From the NCBI GenBank assembly GCA_965207075.1, contig CBDBLO010000002.1:128001-192000 (forward strand): a DNA stretch of 64,000 nt. The letters are read 5' to 3'. Below, piece after piece: positions 29,130 through 38,159 of the stretch (position 1 is its first letter; every line of letters starts with the position of its first letter). The DNA is from Nitrosopumilus sp. (GTDB taxonomy: Archaea > Thermoproteota > Nitrososphaeria > Nitrososphaerales > Nitrosopumilaceae). The notes beneath the pieces were generated by a model. It was not told the DNA's origin, ran no database searches, and worked only from the letters and a program-made list of their open reading frames with translations. Both the position numbers and the translations under genes were made by a program.

Positions 29130-30881
29130 GTGGCGGGGGAGGAAGAGCTGTCGCAGCTCACTGCGGGCGAGCTGCAGGCCGTCCCGCAGCTGCTGGCGTC
29201 ATCAGAGGCCCTGCAGGTCGCGTTTGTCATACTGGCAGTAGGCATCATAAGCATCGTGATAGTATACAGAAAGTTCTCCTCCTGGGTGCGCTCGCAGAGG
29301 TTCTATTACGAGAGGCCGCACATCTCAAGGTTCCTGCGCAGCGTCATGCTCCCGTTCCTTGCCATCGCCCTGATCACCGCCGTCAACGTGTACGTGCAGG
29401 CCGGGATACTCACGGAGGAGGGAGGGGCCGCTGCAGAATCCGCAGCGGCCGGCGCCCTCACCGCAGGCGACGCGTTTGCAAAGATCCTCAACACGTTTAA
29501 CATACTCGTGATCGGGTACGCGGTCTCCCACCTGATTCCAATCATACTGACAAAGCACGAGCGCTACCTGCAGGAGAGGGGCGACTTTGAGCAGTGGTTT
29601 GAGATGCGCGGGTTCGCCGACGACGAGGACGGCCTCTTCCACAGGCTGTACAAGTGGATTCCCCCAAAGGACGCCCCGGAGGACATGGGCCAGGACGAGT
29701 ACGAGGCCATGCTGAAAACCGAGGAGGGCGTAAAAAGGCTGGAGCAGTTCCGGACTGCGCAGGGAAACCCGATAGGCGGGTACGAGAAGAGGGTCAAGAG
29801 CCCGTTTGAGGACTGGAAGAGGTCCGAGCGCGCAAAGTACTCCAAGTACTACGGCGGCTGCATAAGCGGCAACAACGAGACGGGGCTCAAGCTGAAGCCC
29901 GGGGCAAAGCCCGAGGAGATATACCCGATCGACACGTGGAGGGAGGAGAAGCGCCTCAACGGGTACGAGAAGGTGGTCCCCAGCGCGCGCCCCCCGGGAT
30001 ACGCAGAGAAGAAGAGGCAGGGGCTTCCAAAGTCCATAAAGCAGCTCCTTCCAATAGGGCTCTTTGCGGCCACCATACTGGGCGTGCTTGGGTGGTGGGG
30101 CGTCGACCTGTTTGTGGTGGCCACCGCGACCGGCGGATTCTCCATAGGCCTCGGGCTGGCGCTGCAGGAGACCATGAAGAACTACTTTGCATACCTGAGG
30201 ATCAGAAAGGACAAGATCTTCGTGGAGGGCGACAGGATACAGCTGGAGTCCGGGTACAACGGCTACGTGCACAAGATAACGCCGCTTGTCACGTATGTCA
30301 TCGACGCGCTGTACGAGTCGGTGGCCATAATCCCCACAAGCGACTTGGTCACCGCGCAGATCATAAACTACACAAAGGAGAACAAGCTGGTGCCCGCCGT
30401 CGTAAACGTGGGGGTGTCATACCTGAACAACCCAAAGCAGGTCGCGGCCATACTGGTAAAGGTCGGAAAGCGCGCCATGACTGAGATCGTAGACTCAAAA
30501 GGCAGGCACCTCGTAAGGCAGGCGCGCTGCCCGTACCTAAACGAGAACAGGCCGAGCTGCGGGTGTGACAGGGACCTGCACGTAGAGCTGACGCAGCCCG
30601 TGGTCAGGTTTGACAACTTTAACGACTCGTCGCTTGACTTTTCGATGTGGGTCTACGTCCGAAACTATGGCTCACAGTTCAAGACGAAGACCGACATGCG
30701 GATCATGATATATGAAGAGTTTAAAAAGTATGACATAAGGATCCCGTGGCCCATCAGGACCATATACCAGGGAGACGAAAAGCGGGAGGGCGCCGAGATC
30801 GGGTCTCTCGACAAGGAGAGGCAGGGCGTCATCGACGAGCACGGCATAGGTGACCTGCGGCGCGAAGGGGACGAAGAATAG
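29130..30881 (+). CDS. MscS-family mechanosensitive channel with large internal insertion
   Basis: GLGLALQETMKNYFA, GDRIQL, IIPTS, IINYT, VGVSY, FNDSSLDF, IRIPWP. Confidence 0.92.
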   Translation: MAGEEELSQLTAGELQAVPQLLASSEALQVAFVILAVGIISIVIVYRKFSSWVRSQRFYYERPHISRFLRSVMLPFLAIALITAVNVYVQAGILTEEGGAAAESAAAGALTAGDAFAKILNTFNILVIGYAVSHLIPIILTKHERYLQERGDFEQWFEMRGFADDEDGLFHRLYKWIPPKDAPEDMGQDEYEAMLKTEEGVKRLEQFRTAQGNPIGGYEKRVKSPFEDWKRSERAKYSKYYGGCISGNNETGLKLKPGAKPEEIYPIDTWREEKRLNGYEKVVPSARPPGYAEKKRQGLPKSIKQLLPIGLFAATILGVLGWWGVDLFVVATATGGFSIGLGLALQETMKNYFAYLRIRKDKIFVEGDRIQLESGYNGYVHKITPLVTYVIDALYESVAIIPTSDLVTAQIINYTKENKLVPAVVNVGVSYLNNPKQVAAILVKVGKRAMTEIVDSKGRHLVRQARCPYLNENRPSCGCDRDLHVELTQPVVRFDNFNDSSLDFSMWVYVRNYGSQFKTKTDMRIMIYEEFKKYDIRIPWPIRTIYQGDEKREGAEIGSLDKERQGVIDEHGIGDLRREGDEE

Positions 30882-31111
30882 GCGGCGGCGCCAACGGGTT
30901 GTACGCAAGACGGAAGAGACGGGGCGCCCGGCATTTTTGGCGCCGCAGTAACCCGCGCCTTCATCTGCGCCCGCCCGCGCGCAATCAATTCTCAAAAACG
31001 CCGTAAATTGTCCCGGCATGTGTTCATTATTCACGCCTGCACGAGTTTTTTCTTCAACTACGCAGAACGTCTACTGAATGGTTTTTTAACAAGTCACGGC
31101 CGACAAGGTTG

Positions 31112-33301
31112 ATGAAAGTAGCTATCGTGTATAACAAGAAGCGCATAGACGACCAAGACGTGATCAACGTCTTCGGCATGACCACAAAGGAGCACTACTC
31201 ATACAAGACGGTCGAGAAGGTCGCAAAGGCGCTCGAAAAGGGGGGGCACTCCGTGAAGATCATAGAGGGCGGAATGAACTTTATAGACGAGATGAAGGAC
31301 TTTATGCCGCGCGTCGTGGCGGGCGAGAGGCCGGGCATGGTATTCAACATGGCGTACGGCATACAGGGACGCAACCGATACACACACGTTCCTGCCATGC
31401 TCGAGATGCTCGGGATACCGTACGTGGGATCGGGGCCCGAGGCCCACGCGGTAGTGCAGGACAAGGTAATGACAAAACTGGTGCTGCAGAAGAACAACAT
31501 ACCCACGCCCGGATTCTGGGTCTTCACCAGCCCGGACGACGAGTTCGAGGACCTCGCGTTCCCGGTCATCGTAAAGCCGAAGATGGAGTCCACGTCCATG
31601 GGGATGGAGGTCGTCCGCGACAGGGACAGCCTGCGCAGGGCGGTAAGGGGCCAGATGGAGAAGTACTCGCAGGAGATACTGGTGGAGCAGTTCATACCCG
31701 GAAGGGAGTTCGCGGTAGGCCTACTGGGAAACGGCACGCACGTCGAGGTACTGCCGATAGTCGAGATGGATCTCGGGGGCGATCCGGACAGGATCCAGAC
31801 CATAACCGAAAAGAAGTCGGACCCGCTTGACAAGGTGTGCCCAGCCGAACTCACCGAGGAACAGGCGGCCCACATAAAGAAGATCTGCCTTGCGGCGTTC
31901 GGGAAGCTCGGGCTGAACGACTTTACAAGGGTGGATCTGCGCATGTCCCAGGACGGGAAGGTCTACATACTGGAGCTCAACTCGATGGCAAGCCTCGGGC
32001 AGACGGGCTCGTACTATACGGCGGCCAAGGCGGCCGGCTACACCTACGACACGCTGATCAACAAGATTTTTGAGGTGGCCTCTATGCGGTACTTTGGGGA
32101 CATACACCCCCACCCCGAACCGGGCAAAAAGTCGTCCGCCCAGTCGCTGCGCTCTATGATCCGGAGCTACCTCCGGAGCCACTACACCACAAACGAGAAG
32201 CTGCTGGAGCAGCTGGTAACCATAAACTCGAGCGTCTACAATCTGGAGGACGTGAACAAGCTCGGCCGCATGATCGCCAAGAGGCTTGAGCACCTCGGGT
32301 TCACGACGCGCACGCACCAGATGTTCGACGTGGGGAACATGATATACTGCGCCAACCACGACGGAGCGGAGAACGACGTCCTGCTGCTGAGCCACCTTGA
32401 CACTTGGTACACGAACCAAGACTTTGGCGCGTTCCACAAGGTGGGCAGCAAGCTGTACGGATCGGGCATAGCGGAGAGCAAGGGGGGGCTCGTCGTGATG
32501 CTCTCCGCGCTCCAGGCCCTGAGGTTCGCGCGCAGGCTGAAGAGGGTCAGGTGCGGCATACTGCTGATCAGCGACGACTCCGTAGGCGGAAGATTCAGCG
32601 AGAAGCTGGTCCGCGATACGGCGGAATCCTCAAGGTACATACTGGACCTGAAATGGGGCATGGAGGACGGATCGGTTGCGACCTCCTGTTCGGGCATCAC
32701 CAACTACCACATAGACATGCTTCATGTACGGAGCCCGGGAGAGGCCATAAAGGACGTCATACCGGAGATGTGCAGGAAGGTCGTGGACTGGGAGAAGGCA
32801 GCCTTGGCCCACGGCGACGCAAGGGTCAGCATATCGGAATTCAAGGCGCGCACGTCGTTAGGCTCATCACCGGACTACGGGAGCCTCACCCTCACCTCCA
32901 GATACGTCACGAAGCAGCAGGGAAGGGATATCGATGCGGATCTGCGCAAGATCGCCAAGAAGAAGGGCAAGGTCAAGCTCGATATCCACATAATACAGCA
33001 GACCCAGCAGGATCCGGTGGTGGTAACCGAGGGCGGGCGCGGCTTCTACAAGATAGTCGACGGGCTGGCAAGAGAGGCCGAGATCAAGATCTCCCCAGCC
33101 CACAGGTATGCACCGTCCAGCCTGGGGGACGTGTCTGACGACGGCCACAAACCCATGCTGGGCTCGATGGGGCCGATAGGGATAGACTGCAGGACGCCAA
33201 ACGAGCACGTCATAAGGGACAGCGTGATAGACAGGGCCCTGCTGCTGGCGCTGACCATGAACGAGATCTCAACGGGCAAGGGAAGGACGGATTGGACATA
33301 G
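31112..33301 (+). CDS. D-Ala-D-Ala-ligase-like ATP-grasp enzyme fused to an M20-peptidase-like domain
   Basis: VFNMAYG, GIPYVGS, QDK, VKPKMESTSMG, EQFIPGREF, RVDLR, LELN; C-terminal SHLDT, GIAESKGG, GPIG...PNEH. Confidence 0.92.
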   Translation: MKVAIVYNKKRIDDQDVINVFGMTTKEHYSYKTVEKVAKALEKGGHSVKIIEGGMNFIDEMKDFMPRVVAGERPGMVFNMAYGIQGRNRYTHVPAMLEMLGIPYVGSGPEAHAVVQDKVMTKLVLQKNNIPTPGFWVFTSPDDEFEDLAFPVIVKPKMESTSMGMEVVRDRDSLRRAVRGQMEKYSQEILVEQFIPGREFAVGLLGNGTHVEVLPIVEMDLGGDPDRIQTITEKKSDPLDKVCPAELTEEQAAHIKKICLAAFGKLGLNDFTRVDLRMSQDGKVYILELNSMASLGQTGSYYTAAKAAGYTYDTLINKIFEVASMRYFGDIHPHPEPGKKSSAQSLRSMIRSYLRSHYTTNEKLLEQLVTINSSVYNLEDVNKLGRMIAKRLEHLGFTTRTHQMFDVGNMIYCANHDGAENDVLLLSHLDTWYTNQDFGAFHKVGSKLYGSGIAESKGGLVVMLSALQALRFARRLKRVRCGILLISDDSVGGRFSEKLVRDTAESSRYILDLKWGMEDGSVATSCSGITNYHIDMLHVRSPGEAIKDVIPEMCRKVVDWEKAALAHGDARVSISEFKARTSLGSSPDYGSLTLTSRYVTKQQGRDIDADLRKIAKKKGKVKLDIHIIQQTQQDPVVVTEGGRGFYKIVDGLAREAEIKISPAHRYAPSSLGDVSDDGHKPMLGSMGPIGIDCRTPNEHVIRDSVIDRALLLALTMNEISTGKGRTDWT

Positions 33302-35001
33302 AGCAGATAGAGTCGTCGTTTCGTCCCTCACGCAGCGGGAAGGCGGCGTACGCCGCAAACGGCATGGTCGCGTCCGCGTTTCCCGACGCGACCGGGGCCG
33401 GGGTCGAGATGCTCAGGAAGGGCGGAAACGCCGTCGACGCGGCGTGCGCAACGGCGTTCGCGCTGGGCGTCTGCGAGCCGCAGGCATCCGGCATAGGCGG
33501 GCAGTCTATGTGCATAATGCGCGTCAACGGAAAGAACATAGCAGTCGACGGCTCAAGCCGGGCCCCCTCGCTGGCACACTCGTCCATATACGCGAGGAGA
33601 AAGCGCCGGCGGCTCCTCGGCTACAGGGCGACCACGGTCCCGAGCACGGTAGCCGTCCTAGGCAAGATGCATGAGCGCTACGGCCGGCTCGAGTGGCAGA
33701 AGATCCTGGCCCCCGCCATACGGATCGCCAAGAGGGGATACCGCATCACCATGCTGCAACACAGTATCCAGAAGGAGAAGCTTGATGAGTTTCTAAGCGT
33801 AGACTCGGGGTCGGGCGCGCGATACTTTCTGAAGGACGGCCAAGTGCCGTACGAGGTGGGGGACAGATTCGTCCAGGACGATTTGGCGCACACCTTGGAG
33901 GCCATCTCGGAGAGCGGCTACCTGAGCTTCTACCACGGCAGTATCGCAAAACAGATAGACGCCGACATGAGGGCAAACGGCGGGCTGATCCGCGAGGAGG
34001 ACCTGGCGTTTGTCCCCGAACCCATCGAGCGCATTCCAATCATGCGAAAGTACCGGGGCGTCTCCGTGGTGACCATGCCCCCGCCCGCAGCAGGCAGCAC
34101 CCTGCTGCTCACGTTGATGATGCTCAACCACCTTCCGTCCAAGTTCCTGCACGGCGACAGGCCCAGCTCCTACCACTTTATGGCCGAGGCGTTCAGAAAG
34201 GCATTCCTGCACAGGGTGCTGCGGCCGTTCAACCCGCACACCTACGACCAGATGCAGAGCAGGCACCACCTGCAACGCACGTTTGCAAGGCAGATGGCGG
34301 ACTCCATACACAACGCCATGGACGCCACGCTGCCAATGATAGATCCAATATTTGGCGGGGAGGGGGACACCACCCACTTCTCCGTCATGGACAGCGGTCC
34401 GCTCAGGTACCACCCCGGGCTCGTTGAAAAGGAGGGGGAAACCACCCATCTCTCCGTCATGGACAGCGAGGGCAACGCCGTGGGCATCACGCAGTCCATC
34501 GAACTGGCATACGGCTCAAAGGCGGCGGCCGAGGGGCTGGGGTTCCTATACAACGACTACATATCGGCGTTCGAGTTCTCGACCCCGACCAACCCGTTCT
34601 ACATCAGGCCGAACGGGATACCTTGGACTTCAGTCTCCCCCGCGCTGATCTTTTATGACGGGCAGCTCTGGATGGTGGTCGGAAGCCCGGGCAGCCAGAG
34701 GATATTCTCCACCGTTACCCAGTTTCTCACCGGCATGATCGACGGAGACATGCCGATGGACAGGGCGATGGACAGGCCCAGGTTCCACTGCACCATCGGG
34801 GGCACGATCAGCGTGGAAGAGGGCGGGTTTGACGCGGCAGTCAGGCGGTACCTTGAGAAGATGGGCTACAAGCTCACCGACAGGGAGAGGTACTCGTTCT
34901 ATCACGGGGCCATCCACGCGGCCATGAGGCTCCAGACGCGGGCCGGCTTCCAAGGCGTAGCGGAGGTCAGGCGCGACGGCACCGCGGGTGGCATGAATTG
35001 A
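33292..35001 (+). CDS. ggt: Gamma-glutamyltransferase-family Ntn hydrolase (no signal peptide)
   Basis: GGNAVDAA, EPQASGIGG, VP, PPP, TTHLSVMDSEGNAV, GSPG, PRFH; TTG start overlaps upstream stop. Confidence 0.92.
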   Translation: MDIEQIESSFRPSRSGKAAYAANGMVASAFPDATGAGVEMLRKGGNAVDAACATAFALGVCEPQASGIGGQSMCIMRVNGKNIAVDGSSRAPSLAHSSIYARRKRRRLLGYRATTVPSTVAVLGKMHERYGRLEWQKILAPAIRIAKRGYRITMLQHSIQKEKLDEFLSVDSGSGARYFLKDGQVPYEVGDRFVQDDLAHTLEAISESGYLSFYHGSIAKQIDADMRANGGLIREEDLAFVPEPIERIPIMRKYRGVSVVTMPPPAAGSTLLLTLMMLNHLPSKFLHGDRPSSYHFMAEAFRKAFLHRVLRPFNPHTYDQMQSRHHLQRTFARQMADSIHNAMDATLPMIDPIFGGEGDTTHFSVMDSGPLRYHPGLVEKEGETTHLSVMDSEGNAVGITQSIELAYGSKAAAEGLGFLYNDYISAFEFSTPTNPFYIRPNGIPWTSVSPALIFYDGQLWMVVGSPGSQRIFSTVTQFLTGMIDGDMPMDRAMDRPRFHCTIGGTISVEEGGFDAAVRRYLEKMGYKLTDRERYSFYHGAIHAAMRLQTRAGFQGVAEVRRDGTAGGMN

Positions 35002-35807
35002 CCGGACTTCCCGTCCTGATCTCCATCCCGCACGGCGGCACGGAGGTGCCAGAGGAGCTTGCCGGGCGCGTCCGCATTACAGAATCCGCGCAGTTTGACG
35101 ACTCGGATGCGTTCACGGCCGAGATCTACGACATCGGGGAATCGGCCCTCCACGTTATCAAGGCCGAGATTGCAAGGGCGTACGTCGACCTGAACAGGTC
35201 AAGGGAGCAGCTGCCGCCAGACGTCCCGGACGGGCTGATCAAGAGCGTCACCTGCTACAACGAACCCGTCTACATGAGCGGTATGGAGCCGGGCCCGCAG
35301 CTTACAGAGCGGCTCATCAAAAGGTACTATGATCCGTACTATGGCGCGATAGAGAGGGCGTGCGCGGATCCGCAGAACGGGCTGCGGCTGTGCCTTGACT
35401 GCCACTCCATGGCGCCCACCGCGCCCCCGGTCAGCGGCAATAGCAGCAGTGAGGGCGGCAGTGGCAATACGGCCCGACCGCTGTTCTGCCTCTCAAACCG
35501 CAACGGCAAGACGTGTCCCGATGATCAGATGGAGGTGCTTGCACGCTGCATGTCAGAGTCCTTTGAAATACCCAGGGACCGCATACTCCTGAACCACCCG
35601 TTTCAGGGCGGACACATAACAGAATGGTTTGGGGCAAGGCACGATCCCGCCATCCCATGGGTGCAGATTGAGATGAACCGTGCTCTGTATCTGGATGAGC
35701 AGTGGTTTGACCGCGCCTCCATGAAAATGACCGACAGGAAGCGGCTTGCCGAGCTCAATCGCATGTTCAGGGACGCGCTGGCCGGGTTCTTTGACTGCCG
35801 CACGTGA
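34998..35807 (+). CDS. N-formylglutamate amidohydrolase (HutG-like)
   Basis: SIPHGG, ARAYVDLNR, DCHSM, NHPFQGG, QIEMNRALY; 4-nt overlap with ggt stop. Confidence 0.92.
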   Translation: MTGLPVLISIPHGGTEVPEELAGRVRITESAQFDDSDAFTAEIYDIGESALHVIKAEIARAYVDLNRSREQLPPDVPDGLIKSVTCYNEPVYMSGMEPGPQLTERLIKRYYDPYYGAIERACADPQNGLRLCLDCHSMAPTAPPVSGNSSSEGGSGNTARPLFCLSNRNGKTCPDDQMEVLARCMSESFEIPRDRILLNHPFQGGHITEWFGARHDPAIPWVQIEMNRALYLDEQWFDRASMKMTDRKRLAELNRMFRDALAGFFDCRT

Positions 35808-36193
35808 CGGCCTGCGGGCGCCAAGCCAGCCGCGGGTGGATCTTTCCCGGACTCTCGCGCCGGTGCCGGAAACGTAGCCCGGAAAGCTGTATGCCGTGCG
35901 GCGTCCGGGCCCCGGCACGAGGATCCGTCTTTGGGGCACGGTATTGGTGGGCTGTTGCAGACGGTCCCTTGCGCAGATGCTTTCTGCCGCATCCCTCAGA
36001 CGTGAGGCCTACAAGCCGACTCCTGCCAGGCCCTAGAATCCGGACGGATTGCCGTTCGCCAAAGGGAGACAAGATGCCGGCTTCTCGTCCGTATCAGGAG
36101 CGTTCGGTGCGGCTCATGCCAGACTGTGACCAACCGCATTTTCCAGAGCTGTTACTCTCAAGATTTAAGATGCGGTGTGGGATACGGCCGGAC

Positions 36194-37111
36194 ATGGGAC
36201 AGAAGAGGGGGGCGTGCGTGTTATCGGGCGGCTCCTCGGACGGCCTTGCCAGGAGCATATCGGAAAAGATCGGCGCCAAGCTGATCACCACGGAGGTGCG
36301 CGTGTTTTCCGACGGGGAGAGCAAGATGAGGCTCGGGGGCAGAACCTCCGGATACGACAGGGCGGTCATAGTGCAGTCGCTCCACCCGCCCGTGGACACC
36401 AACCTGTTCAGGGCGCTCTGCCTCATATCAAGGATAAGCGAGGACACCAAGGATGTAACCGCGGTGATCCCGTACGTCGGGTATGCAAGGCAGGATGCCG
36501 AGTTCCTTCCGGGTGAGATCATATCCGCAAAGGTGCTCGGCAGGATGCTCAGAAGCGCCGGCGCAGCCAGGATCGTGGTAGTCGACATACACAGTGAGAG
36601 GGGGCTTGCGCTGCTCGGCACGCGGAACACGACCAACGTGTCCGCCGTACCCGCACTGGCGCGGCACTTTGACGGCGTCAGGCTGGAGAGGCCCATTGCG
36701 GTGTCCCCCGACAAGGGGGGCGCAAGGAGGGCGGAACGGTTCGCGTCGGAGATGGGGTGCGACCTGCTGGTGCTCGAAAAGTCAAGGGACAGGAGGACGG
36801 GGGCCGTGAGCATAAAGACCAAGAAGGCGGGGGCCGTGGGGGGCAGGGACGCCATCATAATTGACGACATGATAAGCACCGGAGGAAGCGTTGTCAAGGC
36901 CGCGGAGTTCCTAAAGAAGCAGGGCTGCGGGCGCATATTTGCCGCATGCACGCACGCCCTGCTCGCGGGCGGCGCCAAATCCAGGATAAGGAGGGCGGGG
37001 ATCAGCAAGATAGTCTGCGCCAACACCATGCCTGCCGGCAAGGGAGTCGCATCAGTCGACGTATCAGACGAGATTGCCAGGGTCCTGAAGAGGAGACGAC
37101 AGCGGCGGTAA
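36194..37111 (+). CDS. prs: Ribose-phosphate pyrophosphokinase
   Basis: FSDGE, PYVGYARQD, VDIHS, SPDKGG, IIDDMISTGGS; ATG 36194 after GATTTAAG. Confidence 0.95.
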   Translation: MGQKRGACVLSGGSSDGLARSISEKIGAKLITTEVRVFSDGESKMRLGGRTSGYDRAVIVQSLHPPVDTNLFRALCLISRISEDTKDVTAVIPYVGYARQDAEFLPGEIISAKVLGRMLRSAGAARIVVVDIHSERGLALLGTRNTTNVSAVPALARHFDGVRLERPIAVSPDKGGARRAERFASEMGCDLLVLEKSRDRRTGAVSIKTKKAGAVGGRDAIIIDDMISTGGSVVKAAEFLKKQGCGRIFAACTHALLAGGAKSRIRRAGISKIVCANTMPAGKGVASVDVSDEIARVLKRRRQRR

Positions 37112-37152
37112 ATGGGTATGCATAAAGCATCACGCGTGCCGGGTACCAGTGT

Positions 37153-38070
37153 ATGAGAATCCTGTTTCTGGGCACGTCTGCCGCCCAGCCCACCGCGTCA
37201 AGGGGCCTCTCATGCACCTGCATAGAGAGGAACGGCGAGATCATCATGTTTGACGCAGGCGAGTGCGCCCAGACCGCGTACGCCAAGACGGGGCTGGGAT
37301 GGAACAAGAGAATGAGGATACTCATCACGCACCTTCACGGCGACCACTGCATAGGAATACTGGGGCTCCTGCAGACGATGTCCATGCAGCGCAGGACCGA
37401 GCCGCTTGAGATATTCGGGCCCGCCGGCATCGAGGAGTTTGTAACGGCAAACATCCGCATGCTCGGCTTTGCCCCGACCTTTCCCATAACCATCGGAACG
37501 GTCAGCCCCGGCGCGGTGGTCGGACACGGGGATGGCGGGCAAGGCGGCGACTATGAGATTCTGGCATGCAGGGCAAGCCACACGATAGCGGCGTTCTCGT
37601 ACGTGCTACGCGAGAAGAACAGGCCCGGAAGATTCAGCGAGGAGAACGCCGCAAAGCTGGGCATACCGAGGGGGCGCCTGTGGGGGCTGCTCCAAGAAGG
37701 ACGCGAGGTGGTGGTGGACGGCAAGACGTTCAGGCCCGAGCAGGTTCTGGGGGAGGAGCGCCCCGGAAAGGTCATAGGCATATCCGGGGACACGATGCCA
37801 AGCGCGGAGCTCGAAGAGTTCTTTGCGGGGTGCGACTATCTAATATTTGACGCCACCTTTCTTGACGGGGAGCAGCAGAGGGCCGCGGAGACCAGGCACT
37901 CGACGGCGTCCCAGGCGGCCTCGCTGGCAAAGTCTGCCGGCGCCAAGAACCTGATCCTGACGCACTTTTCTGCCAGATACAGGGACGACACCGGGCACCT
38001 GGCCGAGGCGCGGAGGATCCATCCCTGCGTGACCGCCGCGGCGGACCGCATGGAGATACGGGTCGCGTGA
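37153..38070 (+). CDS. rnz: Ribonuclease Z
   Basis: [36 protein letters not shown]. Confidence 0.96.
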   Translation: MRILFLGTSAAQPTASRGLSCTCIERNGEIIMFDAGECAQTAYAKTGLGWNKRMRILITHLHGDHCIGILGLLQTMSMQRRTEPLEIFGPAGIEEFVTANIRMLGFAPTFPITIGTVSPGAVVGHGDGGQGGDYEILACRASHTIAAFSYVLREKNRPGRFSEENAAKLGIPRGRLWGLLQEGREVVVDGKTFRPEQVLGEERPGKVIGISGDTMPSAELEEFFAGCDYLIFDATFLDGEQQRAAETRHSTASQAASLAKSAGAKNLILTHFSARYRDDTGHLAEARRIHPCVTAAADRMEIRVA

Positions 38071-38159
38071 AAGCGCGTCGTTGTAGAAACTGGACGGACG
38101 CGACCGTTGTTGTTGTTGTTGCTGTTGCTATCGTCGGTGGCGGCGGCTACTGCGGCGCG

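Noticed and set aside
31112-32100. True D-Ala-D-Ala ligase implying peptidoglycan synthesis
   Set aside because: Lacks the Ddl GGxSxE and HG motifs, is fused to an M20-like domain, and sits in an archaeal context with no mur genes
35804-36193. Long N-terminal extensions of prs (similarly lysC, cysQ, thpR, tfb and the IS481 transposase)
   Set aside because: Stop-poor GC-rich DNA; homology and TATA boxes indicate the downstream starts
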